Source: Roseateles aquae (lineage in GTDB: Bacteria; Pseudomonadota; Gammaproteobacteria; Burkholderiales; Burkholderiaceae_C). Taken from it: 64,000 nucleotides of DNA. The first letter of the stretch is position 1. Each line of letters opens with the position of its first letter. The translations under genes and the position numbers were made by a program. Location of the stretch: positions 211,959 through 275,958 of the forward strand of contig NZ_JAVXZY010000003.1 in assembly GCF_032337115.1 (NCBI RefSeq). The letters are read 5' to 3'. This document shows, in pieces, positions 1-10,328 of the stretch. The notes under the pieces were generated by a model. The model saw nothing but the letters and a program-made list of their open reading frames with translations. It ran no database searches and had not been told where the DNA came from.

Positions 1-840
1 TTCGTGCCGGCGCTGTTGTTTCGCACCACAGCGAGGCTGGAGCTGGCCGCCTTGCCCTGGCTGACGCTGGCCGGCTTCTTCATCCCGGTGCTGGGCCTGA
101 TCGTCGCCGTCTACTTCTGGCAGCGCAGCCGGCTGCGCGCCGGCGCGCCTGTCGCCCGACCCAGCGTGCAGGCGATCACCGTCAGCTTCGGCAATACCTT
201 GCAGATCGGCGTGCCACTGGCGGCCAGTGTGTTCGGCGAAACCGGCTTGGCCATCCACATCACCGTTGTCAGCCTGCATGCGTTGACGATTCTGTCGCTG
301 CTGACCCTGCTGGTGGAGCTGGACCTGGCGCGTGAACAGGCCGAGGCCCAGGGCAGCAGTCTGCTGAGTACCTTGCTGGCAACGGTGCGCAACACGGTGA
401 TCCATCCGGTGGTGCTGCCGGTGCTCAGCGGCCTGGTTTTCAATGCCCTGGGCCTGCGCCTGCCGGCGCTGCTGGACGAGGTGCTGCAGCTGCTGGGCAC
501 GGCGGTTGTGCCCTTGTGCCTGACGCTGATCGGCATGTCGCTGGCCTATTACGGATGGCCGGCGGCCTGGCGTTCGGTAGTCTTGCTGGCGCTGCTGAAG
601 CTGCTGTTGCTGCCAGCCCTGGTGCTGGGCTTTGCCCATGGGGTGTTGGGCGTGGGCGGCATGCCGCTGGCGGTGATCGTGATGCTGGCGGCCTTGCCCT
701 CAGGGTCGAACGCGCTGATCTTTGCCCAGCGCTATCGCTGTGAGGAAGGCGAGACGACGGCGGCCATCGTGCTGTCGACGCTGGCTTTTGTGCTGACCGC
801 GCCGCTCTGGTTGGCCCTGTTGAGTTGGATGAAGTTTTAA
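1..840 (+). CDS. AEC-family (auxin efflux carrier-like) membrane transporter, 5'-truncated by the window edge
   Basis: The open frame runs from base 1 to the stop at 838-840. The product is hydrophobic and multi-TM, with typical AEC-family C-terminal half motifs (LLG...LPSGSNALIFAQRY). Confidence 0.6.
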   Translation, partial: FVPALLFRTTARLELAALPWLTLAGFFIPVLGLIVAVYFWQRSRLRAGAPVARPSVQAITVSFGNTLQIGVPLAASVFGETGLAIHITVVSLHALTILSLLTLLVELDLAREQAEAQGSSLLSTLLATVRNTVIHPVVLPVLSGLVFNALGLRLPALLDEVLQLLGTAVVPLCLTLIGMSLAYYGWPAAWRSVVLLALLKLLLLPALVLGFAHGVLGVGGMPLAVIVMLAALPSGSNALIFAQRYRCEEGETTAAIVLSTLAFVLTAPLWLALLSWMKF

Positions 841-1695
841 TTGATAGCGCAAGACCTGACCCTCATTACTGCCGCCGAACTGCCTCCAGAGCGTCTGCAC
901 ACGGCCTTCAACCTGGCATTTGCCGACTATGTTGCCGGCCCCTTCAACCTGGGGCTGGATCAGTGGCCGGCCCTGCTGCGCCGCCAGGGCGCGGACCTGG
1001 GACTGAGCCGGGCCGTGCTCAACGAGCATGGCGAGGTGCTCGCCTTTGCGCTGGTGGCGCCCCGCCCGCAGAGCCGGCGCTGGCGGCTGGCGACCATGGG
1101 CGCCGTGCCTGCCGCACGCGGCCGCGGAGCCGCACCGGCGCTGCTGGACGATTTTCTGCAGCGTGGTCGCGAGGCTGGGCTGGTGGCGCTGGAGCTGGAG
1201 GTCTTCGCGCAGAACGAGCGCGCCTTGCGGCTCTACCAGGGGCGTGGCTTCAGCGTGGTGCACGAGCTGCATGGCTATGTGGCCGAGCCTGGTCGCATGG
1301 CTGCAGAGCCGTGCGAGCACCGGCAGGTCGAGCTGCCTGCGGCCATGGGCTGGTTGAACCAGCTGGCAGCGGCGGGTTTCAGCGATCTGCCGCTGCAGGT
1401 GATGCCGGAATCGCTGCAAAGCGCCGTGGGCCTGCAGGCCTGGCAGCGCGGCTCGGCCCAGCTCTTGTTTACCGTGCCCGATGAGCACAGCGTGCAGATC
1501 GCCAGCCTGATCGACCGCGATGCGGCGCAGGGTGATGCCGAGGCCTTGCTGCAGGCGCTGGCCGCCGCCCATCCGCACCGGCGCATCCGCGTGCCGCAAC
1601 TGCAGCGCCTGGACCTGGGCGGGGCGGCGCTGCGCCGTGCGGGCGCCGAGCCGCTCAGCCTCTACCAGCTGCTGATGCGTCTGACGCTGAGCTGA
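841..1695 (+). CDS. GNAT-family N-acetyltransferase
   Basis: The acetyl-CoA binding core reads VPAARGRGAAPALLDDFLQRGREAGLVALELEVFAQNERALRLYQGRGF. The only in-frame start after the upstream stop is TTG at 841, so the start is uncertain. Confidence 0.55.
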   Translation: MIAQDLTLITAAELPPERLHTAFNLAFADYVAGPFNLGLDQWPALLRRQGADLGLSRAVLNEHGEVLAFALVAPRPQSRRWRLATMGAVPAARGRGAAPALLDDFLQRGREAGLVALELEVFAQNERALRLYQGRGFSVVHELHGYVAEPGRMAAEPCEHRQVELPAAMGWLNQLAAAGFSDLPLQVMPESLQSAVGLQAWQRGSAQLLFTVPDEHSVQIASLIDRDAAQGDAEALLQALAAAHPHRRIRVPQLQRLDLGGAALRRAGAEPLSLYQLLMRLTLS

Positions 1696-1724
1696 TTTCT
1701 TCCACAAGCGCTGACAAGCACACC

Positions 1725-2216
1725 ATGAAACAAGCACTTCCCGCGCTGCTGGCGCTGACCGCCGCCTTGCTGATGACCACGCCTGTACGGGCTCAGGAGC
1801 CGGTGCTGGCCCAGTCCGATCACGCCGTGCTGCTGGCCAGTTCCGATGCCCGGCTGGCCGCCAACAAGCGCCTGGTCTACGACTTCTGGCGCGAGCTGAT
1901 CGAGGCCGGCCAGCTGGACCGCGCCGATCGCTACCTGGCCGAGGACTACCGGCAGCACAACCCGCTGGTGCCCACCGGCCGGGCCGGCTTCGTCAATTTC
2001 TTCAAGGCCTTCAGCAAGCCGCGCACCGTGGCGGAACGTGTGCGCACGCCGCTGGTGGCGATCACTGCCGAGGGCGATCTGGTCACGCTGGTGTTCCGCG
2101 CCGAGCATCCCGAACCGGCTGACGCCAGCAAGCGCTACACCACGACCTGGTTCGATATGTTCCGCGTCGTCGACGGCCGCATCGTCGAACACTGGGATCC
2201 GACGCTCAAGCAATGA
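1725..2216 (+). CDS. Secreted NTF2/SnoaL-like (ester-cyclase-like) family protein
   Basis: N-terminal signal peptide MKQALPALLALTAALLMTTPVRAQE. The 163-aa size and the pattern YLAEDYRQHNP...RIVEHWD match SnoaL-like domain proteins. Confidence 0.55.
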   Translation: MKQALPALLALTAALLMTTPVRAQEPVLAQSDHAVLLASSDARLAANKRLVYDFWRELIEAGQLDRADRYLAEDYRQHNPLVPTGRAGFVNFFKAFSKPRTVAERVRTPLVAITAEGDLVTLVFRAEHPEPADASKRYTTTWFDMFRVVDGRIVEHWDPTLKQ

Positions 2217-2264
2217 TCAAGCGATGACGAAGGCTGGGCGGCGGGGCTGGGTGAGAATCGAGCC

Positions 2265-3584
2265 ATGATGCATGCCGCCCAGTCCCCGACGCTTGTTCCC
2301 GCCCGCGCCCTGGAAGCCGGCGACATCCCCGCCTATATGGAGGCGCTGGGCCGTCAGGCCCGCGAGTCTGCCGCCCGCATGGCCGCTGCCAGCACGGCAC
2401 AGAAGAACAGCGCTCTGCTGGCGTTGGCACGCCGACTGCGCGAATCGGTGGCCGCGTTGACGGCCGCCAACGCGCGCGATCTGGCGGCGGCCGGTGCGCT
2501 GGACGCCGCGATGCGCGATCGCCTGGTGCTCAGCGAGAAGGTCATTGCCACCGTCGCCGAGGGCTGCGAGCAGCTGGCTGCCATGCCCGATCCGGTCGGC
2601 GAGATCAGCGGCCTGCGCCGCCGGCCCAGCGGCATCAGCGTCGGCCAGATGCGGGTGCCGCTGGGCGTGTTCGGCATGATTTACGAGAGCCGGCCCAATG
2701 TCACCATCGAGGCCGCGTCGCTGGCGATCAAGAGCGGCAATGCCTGCATCCTGCGCGGCGGCTCGGAGGCGATCCACTCCAATCTGGCCCTCGCCGCGCT
2801 GGTGCAGGCCGCCTTGCAAGAGGCCGGCCTGCCTGCCGAGGCGGTGCAGCTGGTGGCGACCACCGACCGCGCCGCCGTTGGCGCGCTGATCACGATGCCG
2901 GCCCATGTCGACGTGATCATTCCGCGTGGTGGCAAGGGCCTGATCGAGCGCATCAGTGCCGAGGCGCGGGTGCCGGTGATCAAGCACCTGGATGGCAACT
3001 GCCATTGCTATGTCGACGCCGAGGTCGAGCCGGAGCTGGCGCTTCGCGTGGTGATGAATGCCAAGACGCAGAAGTACAGCCCCTGCAATGCGACCGAGTC
3101 ACTGCTGGTTCATGCCGAACAAGCGCCCGATTTCCTGCCCCGCATCGGCGTGCTGTTGGCGGCCAGGGGCGTGGAGATGCGCGGCTGCCCGCGCACGCTG
3201 GCCTTGCTGGGGCCGCTGCCTGATGCGCGGCTGGCCGCGGCCAGCGAGGCCGACTGGTCGACCGAATACCTGGCGCCCATCATCAGCATCAAGGTGGTGG
3301 ACAGCCTGGACGAGGCCATCGCCCACATCAACCGCTATGGCTCGCACCACACCGATGCGATCCTGACGACGAATCACCCGAACGCGATGCGTTTCTTGCG
3401 CGAGGTCGATTCGGCCAGCGTGATGGTCAATGCCAGCACCCGTTTTGCCGACGGCTTCGAGTACGGCCTGGGCGCCGAGATCGGCATTTCGACCGACAAG
3501 TTCCACGCCCGCGGCCCGGTCGGGCTGGAGGGCCTGACCTCGCTGAAGTGGATCGTGCTGGGGCAGGGCGAGGTACGGGGCTGA
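2265..3584 (+). CDS. proA: Gamma-glutamyl phosphate reductase
   Basis: Full-length similarity to ProA, with motifs [44 protein letters not shown] and [22 protein letters not shown]. An alternative start lies at 2337 (MEALGRQ). Confidence 0.9.
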   Translation: MMHAAQSPTLVPARALEAGDIPAYMEALGRQARESAARMAAASTAQKNSALLALARRLRESVAALTAANARDLAAAGALDAAMRDRLVLSEKVIATVAEGCEQLAAMPDPVGEISGLRRRPSGISVGQMRVPLGVFGMIYESRPNVTIEAASLAIKSGNACILRGGSEAIHSNLALAALVQAALQEAGLPAEAVQLVATTDRAAVGALITMPAHVDVIIPRGGKGLIERISAEARVPVIKHLDGNCHCYVDAEVEPELALRVVMNAKTQKYSPCNATESLLVHAEQAPDFLPRIGVLLAARGVEMRGCPRTLALLGPLPDARLAAASEADWSTEYLAPIISIKVVDSLDEAIAHINRYGSHHTDAILTTNHPNAMRFLREVDSASVMVNASTRFADGFEYGLGAEIGISTDKFHARGPVGLEGLTSLKWIVLGQGEVRG

Positions 3585-3603
3585 AGCCGCCCCGCACTCA
3601 GCG

Positions 3604-4236
3604 TCAGCCGGCCAGGCGGGCGCTGGGCAGCTCCGGCAGATCCTGCAGGGCGCTGTAGATGGTGTCTTCCGGTGTGCGCAGCAGCTGCTGGCTGAGCTTG
3701 CCGCGCATCACCGTCAGCCCGAAGCCGACAGCGAGCAGCACGAAAGCCGCGTACATGCCCATGAAGCCGGCGTAGCTGAGCAGCGGCACCAGCGCCTTGG
3801 CCACGCCCAGAAAGGCGGCGAACAGCCAGCTGGCGGCACTGATGGCGCCAAGCACGGCCGGCAGGCCTGCGGCGCGCTCGGGGTGTTCCTGCGGCGCGGC
3901 CAACGTCGGGAAGGCCCAGCGGTGCAGGGCCAAGCCGTTGAGCGTCAGCAGCGTGACGACACTGAGCTTGGCCAGTACCTTGCTCTTGGTGGCGATGACG
4001 GCGACGTCAAAGCCGGTGTCGATGCCGATCAGGGCAAGACCTGTCACCCACAGCACGATCAGCGCCATGCCCACCACGCGAGCCGCCTTGGACAGCAGCA
4101 GCCGGTCGACCCGCTTGGGCATGAAGATGGCGATGTCGCCGAGCACCACGCCGGCAGCCGCGGCGAAACAGGCCAGCACATGGCCATACAAGGTCACCAT
4201 GCGCAGCAGCGCTGCACTGTCGATCGAATCCATCAC
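3604..4236 (-). CDS. Hypothetical integral membrane protein (about 5 TM)
   Basis: 210-aa ORF with high coding GC3 and multiple hydrophobic helices. No family was recognised. Confidence 0.5.
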   Translation of the reverse strand: MMDSIDSAALLRMVTLYGHVLACFAAAAGVVLGDIAIFMPKRVDRLLLSKAARVVGMALIVLWVTGLALIGIDTGFDVAVIATKSKVLAKLSVVTLLTLNGLALHRWAFPTLAAPQEHPERAAGLPAVLGAISAASWLFAAFLGVAKALVPLLSYAGFMGMYAAFVLLAVGFGLTVMRGKLSQQLLRTPEDTIYSALQDLPELPSARLAG

Positions 4237-4325
4237 AACTCCCCTTGGACTGACATCCGGACCTGAGTGCGCCGTGGAAGCAGGCGGCCTACGGCTCTGC
4301 AGCGCGCCGGTTACCAGTGGCTCTA

Positions 4326-4345
4326 TTCGTGAATTTGTTCACGAA
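4326..4345. promoter_or_regulatory. Perfect inverted repeat TTCGTGAA-N4-TTCACGAA, a candidate operator upstream of the 3604-4236 membrane-protein gene
   Basis: Read directly as ttcgtgaatttgttcacgaa in the 200-bp intergenic region, about 90 bp upstream of the minus-strand start at 4236. Confidence 0.4.
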
Positions 4346-4437
4346 AGGTCGCGAGTATGCGAGTGAGGGGGTTCCCCGCGAATAGGGGGTTGCCTGGATG
4401 TAAGGTCTTCAGATACCCAAATGCGTCGAACTGCTGT

Positions 4438-6030
4438 TCAACGCAGCCCGCCGATGCGCGCGTCCTTGGGATAGCTGATCAAGTACTCGGCGCTGAAGCG
4501 TTGGCTCTGACCTGGGGTCAGGTCTTGCCTCCAGAGCACCATGCCGGGCAGCTTGTGCCAGTCCTGCTCGCTGACGGCGGGTTTGAACTGGGTCTGCACC
4601 CGGATGTCCTCGTGGCGTGGCGCCGGGGCGGCCTCCAGCAGTTGCAGCGTGATGGCCGTGCTGTGCAGGTTCTCGACCAGGTAGCCGTGGCTGATGCGCC
4701 GCTCGCTGCGGCTGGCGATGAAGCCGGTGCTGCCGGCATTGCGTTGCTCCGGCTCGATCTGCACACGCACCAGCTCATCGCGGCCGAAGAACAGCGCGAG
4801 GCGCTCGTCGCTGCCCAGCGTCAGGCGCGACTGGCCGATGAAGGCGCCGTCGCGGAACAGCTGCAAGGCGCCGTCGGGCCAGCTGCCCTTGGGGCGTTCG
4901 CTGTCAGCCAGCAGATAGGCCTGCGCCTCCTGCTGCGGCTGCACGCGGGTGACGAGCCGGGTGTTCAACGCGGCGCTGCCGAGCAGGAAACCGACGCGCT
5001 GGCCATCACTGGCCACTTGCACCTCGCCGGGCACCTCGTACTCGGCGGCATAGGCACCCTGCAGCTCGCTGACGTCAAAGCTGGGCAGCTCGGGCGCCGC
5101 ATAGCGCTTGGCCATGGGGGCGGGAGGGGGCGCCATGGCCATCGCCGGCGCCGGCGCGGCCATCTCGTAGGCGGCGTTCTGCACCGGTGGCGGCAGCAGG
5201 TCCAGCACCCAGGGCTGCGGCGGATTCAGGCTGCTGGCCTGGCGCGGCTGCACCGTCGAGAGGCGCAGGCGCACGCCGCGCCAGTCTTCGCCGCTGCTTT
5301 GCGCGACCTGGGCATGGCGCTCCAGGCGCAGGCTGGTCCGGGCGGTGTCCAGATAGGCGCGGTAGACCGGGCTCCAGCCGGCCTGGCTGCTGCGGTAGCT
5401 GATGCGCAGCTCGCCGTCGCGGCTGGCCGCCAGGTTCAGCACCAGGCTGCGCAGCTGCGGATTGGCAGCGCGCTGGGCCTCGCGTTCGGCGCTGAGCGGG
5501 CCGAGCTGCAGCTGCAGTTCATCGCGGCGCTTGGCCAGCTGCAGACGGCGCTGCAAGGCGTCCAGGCTGCTGCGCCGCAGGGTGTCGGCGGTGGCCGTGA
5601 TGGCGGCAGCGGGCAGCTTGTTGTCGCTGCCGACGCTCTTCAGAAAGCCCAGCACCAGCTCCTGTGATTCGTCCTCGGCCTTCAGCGCAGCCAGCTGGTC
5701 TTCCAGCTCGCGGATGCGGGCGTCAAGCGGGCTGTTGTTGCACTCGGGGCTGCGGGCACGGTCCAGCGTCTGCACACTGATCTCGCCGACGGCGATGCCG
5801 GCGTCGGCCTGCACCTGCAGCGAGTCCAGATCGAAGCGGGCCGGCAGGCAGTTCAGCTGTAGCTGGCGGCTGCCGGCGCTGACCCGGGCGATGCGCTCAA
5901 TCGTCGCTCCACCGGGGTAGACCAGCACGTTGCTGATTCTTGAACTGGCGCTGGCCGGCGGCGTGGTGGCGGCATGGCTCAGGGGGCTCAGCAGCAGCGC
6001 CAGAACGGCGCCAAGGGCTTGTTTTCGCAT
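4438..6030 (-). CDS. Secreted DUF4139-domain protein (mucoidy-inhibitor MuiA-like)
   Basis: The start was moved to the Met of [23 protein letters not shown] (signal peptide). The 804-aa track ORF extends over queC, which lies on the opposite strand. A coiled-coil segment is followed by a DUF4139-like C-terminal region, and there is an Ala/Pro/Met-rich low-complexity insert. Confidence 0.6.
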   Translation of the reverse strand: MRKQALGAVLALLLSPLSHAATTPPASASSRISNVLVYPGGATIERIARVSAGSRQLQLNCLPARFDLDSLQVQADAGIAVGEISVQTLDRARSPECNNSPLDARIRELEDQLAALKAEDESQELVLGFLKSVGSDNKLPAAAITATADTLRRSSLDALQRRLQLAKRRDELQLQLGPLSAEREAQRAANPQLRSLVLNLAASRDGELRISYRSSQAGWSPVYRAYLDTARTSLRLERHAQVAQSSGEDWRGVRLRLSTVQPRQASSLNPPQPWVLDLLPPPVQNAAYEMAAPAPAMAMAPPPAPMAKRYAAPELPSFDVSELQGAYAAEYEVPGEVQVASDGQRVGFLLGSAALNTRLVTRVQPQQEAQAYLLADSERPKGSWPDGALQLFRDGAFIGQSRLTLGSDERLALFFGRDELVRVQIEPEQRNAGSTGFIASRSERRISHGYLVENLHSTAITLQLLEAAPAPRHEDIRVQTQFKPAVSEQDWHKLPGMVLWRQDLTPGQSQRFSAEYLISYPKDARIGGLR

Positions 6031-6132
6031 CGATGCTCTCCTCGTCGTGGCTGCACGGTAGCACGCCGCCCGGCCGCAGCGATGAAGGCCGCGCGACCGC
6101 TGGCACGTGCCGACCCTGGCACACTTGCGGCC

Positions 6133-6891
6133 ATGAACGCAGTTGCTGATCTTTCCTCCGCGGCGCCGCAGGCCAATGGCCGCCGCAAGGCCCTGGTGCT
6201 GTTCTCCGGCGGCCAGGATTCCACCGCCTGTCTGGCCTGGGCGCTGGACCGCTATGCCGAGGTCGAGACCCTGGGCTTTGACTATGGCCAGCGCCACCGC
6301 ATCGAGCTGGACTGCCGCGGCCAGGTGCGCCGCGAGCTGGCGGCGCAGTTTCCGCACTGGGGCGCCAAGCTGGGCGAGGACCATCTGCTCGACCTGAGCC
6401 TGCTGGGCCAGATTTCCGATACCGCGCTGACCGACGCCCGTGCGATCGAGCTGCAGGCCAACGGCCTGCCCAATACCTTTGTGCCGGGCCGCAATCTGCT
6501 CTTCCTGACCTTCGCCGCGACGCTGGCCTACCGGCGCGGCGCCTCGGTGCTGGTCGGCGGCATGTGCGAGACCGATTTTTCCGGCTATCCCGACTGCCGC
6601 GACAACACGCTGAAGGCCTTGCAGGTGGCGCTGAGCCTGGGCCTGGACACGCCGATGACGCTGGAGACGCCGCTGATGTTCATCACCAAGGCCGAGACCT
6701 GGGCGCTGACCGAGCGGCTGGGCGGTGCGGCGCTGAATGCGCTGATCGTCGAGCACACCCACACCTGCTATCTGGGCGAGCGCAGCCAGCGGCATGCCTG
6801 GGGCTACGGCTGCGGCAGCTGCCCGGCCTGCGAGCTGCGCGCGCGCGGCCATGCGCAGTGGCGCGAGGCGGCCGCCCAGGGTGCGGCATGA
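6133..6891 (+). CDS. queC: 7-cyano-7-deazaguanine synthase
   Basis: Motifs [18 protein letters not shown] and [13 protein letters not shown] (Zn-binding C-terminal cysteines). The start was trimmed to MNAVADL. Confidence 0.9.
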   Translation: MNAVADLSSAAPQANGRRKALVLFSGGQDSTACLAWALDRYAEVETLGFDYGQRHRIELDCRGQVRRELAAQFPHWGAKLGEDHLLDLSLLGQISDTALTDARAIELQANGLPNTFVPGRNLLFLTFAATLAYRRGASVLVGGMCETDFSGYPDCRDNTLKALQVALSLGLDTPMTLETPLMFITKAETWALTERLGGAALNALIVEHTHTCYLGERSQRHAWGYGCGSCPACELRARGHAQWREAAAQGAA

Positions 6892-7433
6892 CGGACTGGA
6901 GCTGGGTCGGCTGGGGCCTGATGGCCGTGCTGCTGTTCTGGTCCATCGGGGCCTACAACCGCGTCATGCAGCTGCGCAACGCGATCGGCACGGCCTATGC
7001 GCAGCTCGACGAGGCGTTGGGCCAGCGGGCCACGCAGAGCGCCCGGCTGATCGCGCTGGCGCGGCCGGTGATGCTCAGCGAGCAGGCGACCTTCGATGCG
7101 CTGGAAACCGCCCAGGCCGAGGCCCATGCGGCCGCGCAGGCGGTGCGGGCCCGGCCTCACGCGGCCGATCCGGTGGCCACGCTGGCCGTCGCCGCGGCAG
7201 TACACGGTGCGGCGCTGACACGGCTGATGTCGCTGGTTGAGCATCACGGCGAGTTGCGCGAGCAGGCCGAGGTCGATGCGCTGATCGACGAGCTCAAGCT
7301 GATCGAGCGCCACCGCGCCTTCGCGCGCCAGGTCTTCAACCAGGCCGTCACCGCCTACAACGAGGCGGTGCAGCAGTTCCCGACGCGGGTGCTGTGCAGC
7401 TTTTTCGGTTTCACCGAAGCACGGTCGCTATGA
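6888..7433 (+). CDS. lemA: LemA family protein
   Basis: N-terminal TM segment ([23 protein letters not shown]), then LRN...Y..LD...Q and a C-terminal [13 protein letters not shown]...GFT motif typical of LemA. The ATGA start overlaps the queC stop. Confidence 0.8.
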   Translation: MTDWSWVGWGLMAVLLFWSIGAYNRVMQLRNAIGTAYAQLDEALGQRATQSARLIALARPVMLSEQATFDALETAQAEAHAAAQAVRARPHAADPVATLAVAAAVHGAALTRLMSLVEHHGELREQAEVDALIDELKLIERHRAFARQVFNQAVTAYNEAVQQFPTRVLCSFFGFTEARSL

Positions 7434-7592
7434 CTCGCCCCCGACGCGCTGCGCGCGGCCCCGTCCGGGGGCGAGCCCGATGGACCGGCGGAGCCGGATC
7501 CATGGGCTCCGCTCGATCGTGTGGTGCCCTGCGGACGGCGTTGCAATTGCCTAGCAATCGCTAGCGGCTGGCGTGCGAAGGCTACTTCCCCA

Positions 7593-8015
7593 TCAGCTGC
7601 AGACGATGGCGCCGGAGCTGACGAGTTCCTGGAACAGCGCCATCACCGCGTGGCCGCTCATCGCATAGGGATCGAGGCGGGCGGTGTCGCAGTACTTCAG
7701 CACCAGGGCCGGGTTGAGGCGGTGCAGATTGACCTGGCCCATGCTCCAGCCGGCGAACTGGCGCTCGGCCACTTCTTCGTAGCTGAGCAGGATCACGTCG
7801 TGGTGGCGGGCGTCGCTGACGATGTGCTTGTAGCGCGCATTGACGGCATCGCGACCGCCTTCCAGCACCTGGATGAACACGCCATCGCTGTAGCAGAGCA
7901 GGCCGGTCAGCCCCTCGCTCGGGTTGTGTTCGCGCGATTGCTTGAGAATGGTGCCGAGATCGGCCTCACTGAGGGCGTGGACCGCGCGGCTGGCGTAGAG
8001 AAGTCGTACAAGCAT
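7593..8015 (-). CDS. BLUF-domain blue-light FAD photoreceptor (short, stand-alone)
   Basis: BLUF signature MLVRLLYASRA...EGLTGLLCYSDGVFIQVLEG...Y..I..D.RH in a 140-aa protein. Confidence 0.8.
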   Translation of the reverse strand: MLVRLLYASRAVHALSEADLGTILKQSREHNPSEGLTGLLCYSDGVFIQVLEGGRDAVNARYKHIVSDARHHDVILLSYEEVAERQFAGWSMGQVNLHRLNPALVLKYCDTARLDPYAMSGHAVMALFQELVSSGAIVCS

Positions 8016-8022
8016 GGTGGGC

Positions 8023-8736
8023 TCACTTCTTGCTGAGCAATGAAAGGAACTCGCGACGCAGATTCGGGTCCTTCAGGAAGGCGCCGCGCATTACACTATT
8101 GGTCATCATCGATTCGCTGTCCTTGACGCCGCGCCAATGCATGCAGAAATGGTCGGCCTCCATGACGATGGCCAGGCCGTCCGGCTGCACACGTTCCTGC
8201 AGTTCGTTGGCCAGCATGGTGACGGCCTCTTCCTGGATCTGCGGCCGGCTCATGATCCAGTCGCACAGCCGCGCATACTTGGACAGGCCGATCAGGTTTG
8301 AATGCTCGTTGGGCAAGAGGCCGATCCAGACCCGGCCCATGATGGGGCAGAGGTGGTGCGAGCAGGCGCTGCGCACGGTGATCGGGCCGACGATCATCAG
8401 CTCGTTCAGCCGCGTCACATTGGGGAACTCGGTGACCGCCGGGCTGGCCACATAGCGGCCCTTGAAGACCTCGCGGACGAACATCTTGGCGACCCGCTTG
8501 GCGGTCTCCTGGGTGTTGTGGTCGCTGTCGGTGTCGATCACCAGCGCGCGCAGCACCTCCTGCATCTTGGCCTGCACCTCGGCCTGGATCTGATCCAGCT
8601 CGCCGTCCTCGATGAAGGCGGCGATATTGTCATTGGCGTGGTGGCGTCGCTGGGCGTGGACCAGGCGGTAACGGACGCGTTCCGAGGCCGGCAGCGTGGC
8701 CAGTTCGGCCTCGTTCAGTTTGGGGGTGCGTGGCAT
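8023..8736 (-). CDS. folE: GTP cyclohydrolase I
   Basis: Strong FolE signature ...ITVRSACSHHLCPIMGRVWIGLLPNEH...SRPQIQEEAV. The start was moved to MPRTPKLN. Confidence 0.9.
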   Translation of the reverse strand: MPRTPKLNEAELATLPASERVRYRLVHAQRRHHANDNIAAFIEDGELDQIQAEVQAKMQEVLRALVIDTDSDHNTQETAKRVAKMFVREVFKGRYVASPAVTEFPNVTRLNELMIVGPITVRSACSHHLCPIMGRVWIGLLPNEHSNLIGLSKYARLCDWIMSRPQIQEEAVTMLANELQERVQPDGLAIVMEADHFCMHWRGVKDSESMMTNSVMRGAFLKDPNLRREFLSLLSKK

Positions 8737-8915
8737 GGGCGGAGGGTCACTTGTTGCCAAGCGCCCGGGTGATGATGGCTTGGCGGCATTGTGGCCGGAT
8801 TGCCTTAACCCTGCCACGGCCCCGGCTTGTGCCGGGGCCTGAGCAGCATTTGACGCAAGTTGCCTCGCCCATCCCGCTGCTCGGCGCGATCGGGCGCAGC
8901 CCCTACACTGGCGCC

Positions 8916-10298
8916 GTGTCGTCTCCCAAGCCCCCCATCTCCCACCCAGCCCCGCCGCTGCAGCGCCTCCTGCTGCAAACGGCCGATGCCGTCCAGGCCG
9001 TGCGCGCCGGCCAATCGCTGACCGAGCTGTTGGCCCGCTGCCCGACGCCGCTGCGGCCAGCCACGCAATCGCTGAGTTTTCATGTGCTGCGCCATTTGGG
9101 TGCCGCCGAGGCGCTGCGCCGCCTGCTGGTGCCCAAGGCGCCGCCGCCCAAGGTCGACAACCTGCTGATCTGCGCGCTGGCCTTGCTGTGGCCGCAGGCC
9201 GAACCGCCCTATGCCGACCACACGGTGGTCGACCAGGCGGTCGAGGCCGCCCGGCAGCGCGCCAAGAACAGCGCCGCCTTCGTCAACGCGGTGTTGCGAC
9301 GTTTCTTGCGCGAGCGCGAGGCGCTGGTGGCCGCCGTCGAGAAAGACGCGACGGCCCGCTACAACCATCCGGCCTGGTGGATCGCGCAGCTGCAGCGCGA
9401 CTGGCCCGAGCGCTGGCAGGCCATGCTGGCCGTCAACAACACCCGGCCGCCGATGACGCTGCGCGTTCATGCGCGCCAGCCGCTGGCGGCCTACCAGGCG
9501 CGCCTGGCCGAAGCCGGCATTGCCGCCCAGCCTTTTGGCGCGCTGGCGCCGCAGGCGCTGCTGCTGGAGCGGGCGGTGCCGGTGACCGAGCTGCCGGGCT
9601 TTGCCGCCGGCGATGTCTCGGTGCAAGACGCCGCCGCCCAGTTGGCCGCGCCGCTGACGGTGGGCGAGCTGCGGACGTGGACACAGCAAGACCTGACCCC
9701 GGCCACCGAGCTGCTGCTGCCCGCGCTGCCTTCTGGCGCCCGCGTGCTCGACGCCTGCTCGGCCCCCGGTGGCAAGACCGCGCACCTGCTGGAGCTGGGC
9801 GACTATGACTTGCTGGCGCTGGACGCCGATGCCGAGCGCCTGAGCCGGGTGCAGCAGAACCTCGACCGCCTGCAACAGCGTGCCCGGCTGAAGGCGGCCG
9901 ATGGCCGCGATACCGCCAGCTGGTGGGATGGCCAGCGCTTCGATGCCATCCTGTTGGATGCGCCTTGCAGCGCCTCGGGCATCGTGCGTCGCCACCCGGA
10001 TGTGCGCTGGCTGCGCCGCGCCACCGACATTGCCGCACTGGCCGAGACCCAGGCCCAGCTGCTGGACGCGCTGTGGCCGCTGCTCAAGCCGGGCGGCCGC
10101 CTGGTCTATGCCACCTGTTCGGTCTTCAAGGCCGAGGGTGAAGACCAGATCGACGCATTTTTGCAACGCCAGCCGGGCGCCAAGCGCCTGCATGTGTCCG
10201 CTACGACCGGCCATCTGCTGCCGCTGACTGACAATGGTCAAACGCAGCCGGTGGCGAGCCTGGACGGGTTCTTTTACGCGCTGCTGCTCAAACCGTAG
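8916..10298 (+). CDS. rsmB: 16S rRNA (cytosine967-C5)-methyltransferase
   Basis: NusB-like N-terminal domain plus the SAM-dependent MTase motifs VLDACSAPGGKTAHL, ILLDAPCSASGIVRRHPD and VYATCSVFKAEGEDQ. The proposed start is GTG at 8916, but an upstream ATG in the track ORF cannot be excluded. Confidence 0.8.
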   Translation: MSSPKPPISHPAPPLQRLLLQTADAVQAVRAGQSLTELLARCPTPLRPATQSLSFHVLRHLGAAEALRRLLVPKAPPPKVDNLLICALALLWPQAEPPYADHTVVDQAVEAARQRAKNSAAFVNAVLRRFLREREALVAAVEKDATARYNHPAWWIAQLQRDWPERWQAMLAVNNTRPPMTLRVHARQPLAAYQARLAEAGIAAQPFGALAPQALLLERAVPVTELPGFAAGDVSVQDAAAQLAAPLTVGELRTWTQQDLTPATELLLPALPSGARVLDACSAPGGKTAHLLELGDYDLLALDADAERLSRVQQNLDRLQQRARLKAADGRDTASWWDGQRFDAILLDAPCSASGIVRRHPDVRWLRRATDIAALAETQAQLLDALWPLLKPGGRLVYATCSVFKAEGEDQIDAFLQRQPGAKRLHVSATTGHLLPLTDNGQTQPVASLDGFFYALLLKP

Positions 10299-10328
10299 CA
10301 ACCCACCCGCCCGATCTGTTACCTGTCG

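Noticed and set aside
4438-6852. 804-aa version of the DUF4139 gene extending across queC
   Set aside because: A signal-peptide Met ([14 protein letters not shown]...) at 6030 gives a sensible secreted protein. The upstream 270 codons are antisense to queC and have no features.
7434-7592. Palindromic GCCTAGCAATCGCTAGCGG between lemA and the BLUF gene
   Set aside because: It is only a 5-bp stem with a 4-nt loop and has no U-tract. It is too weak to call a terminator or operator.
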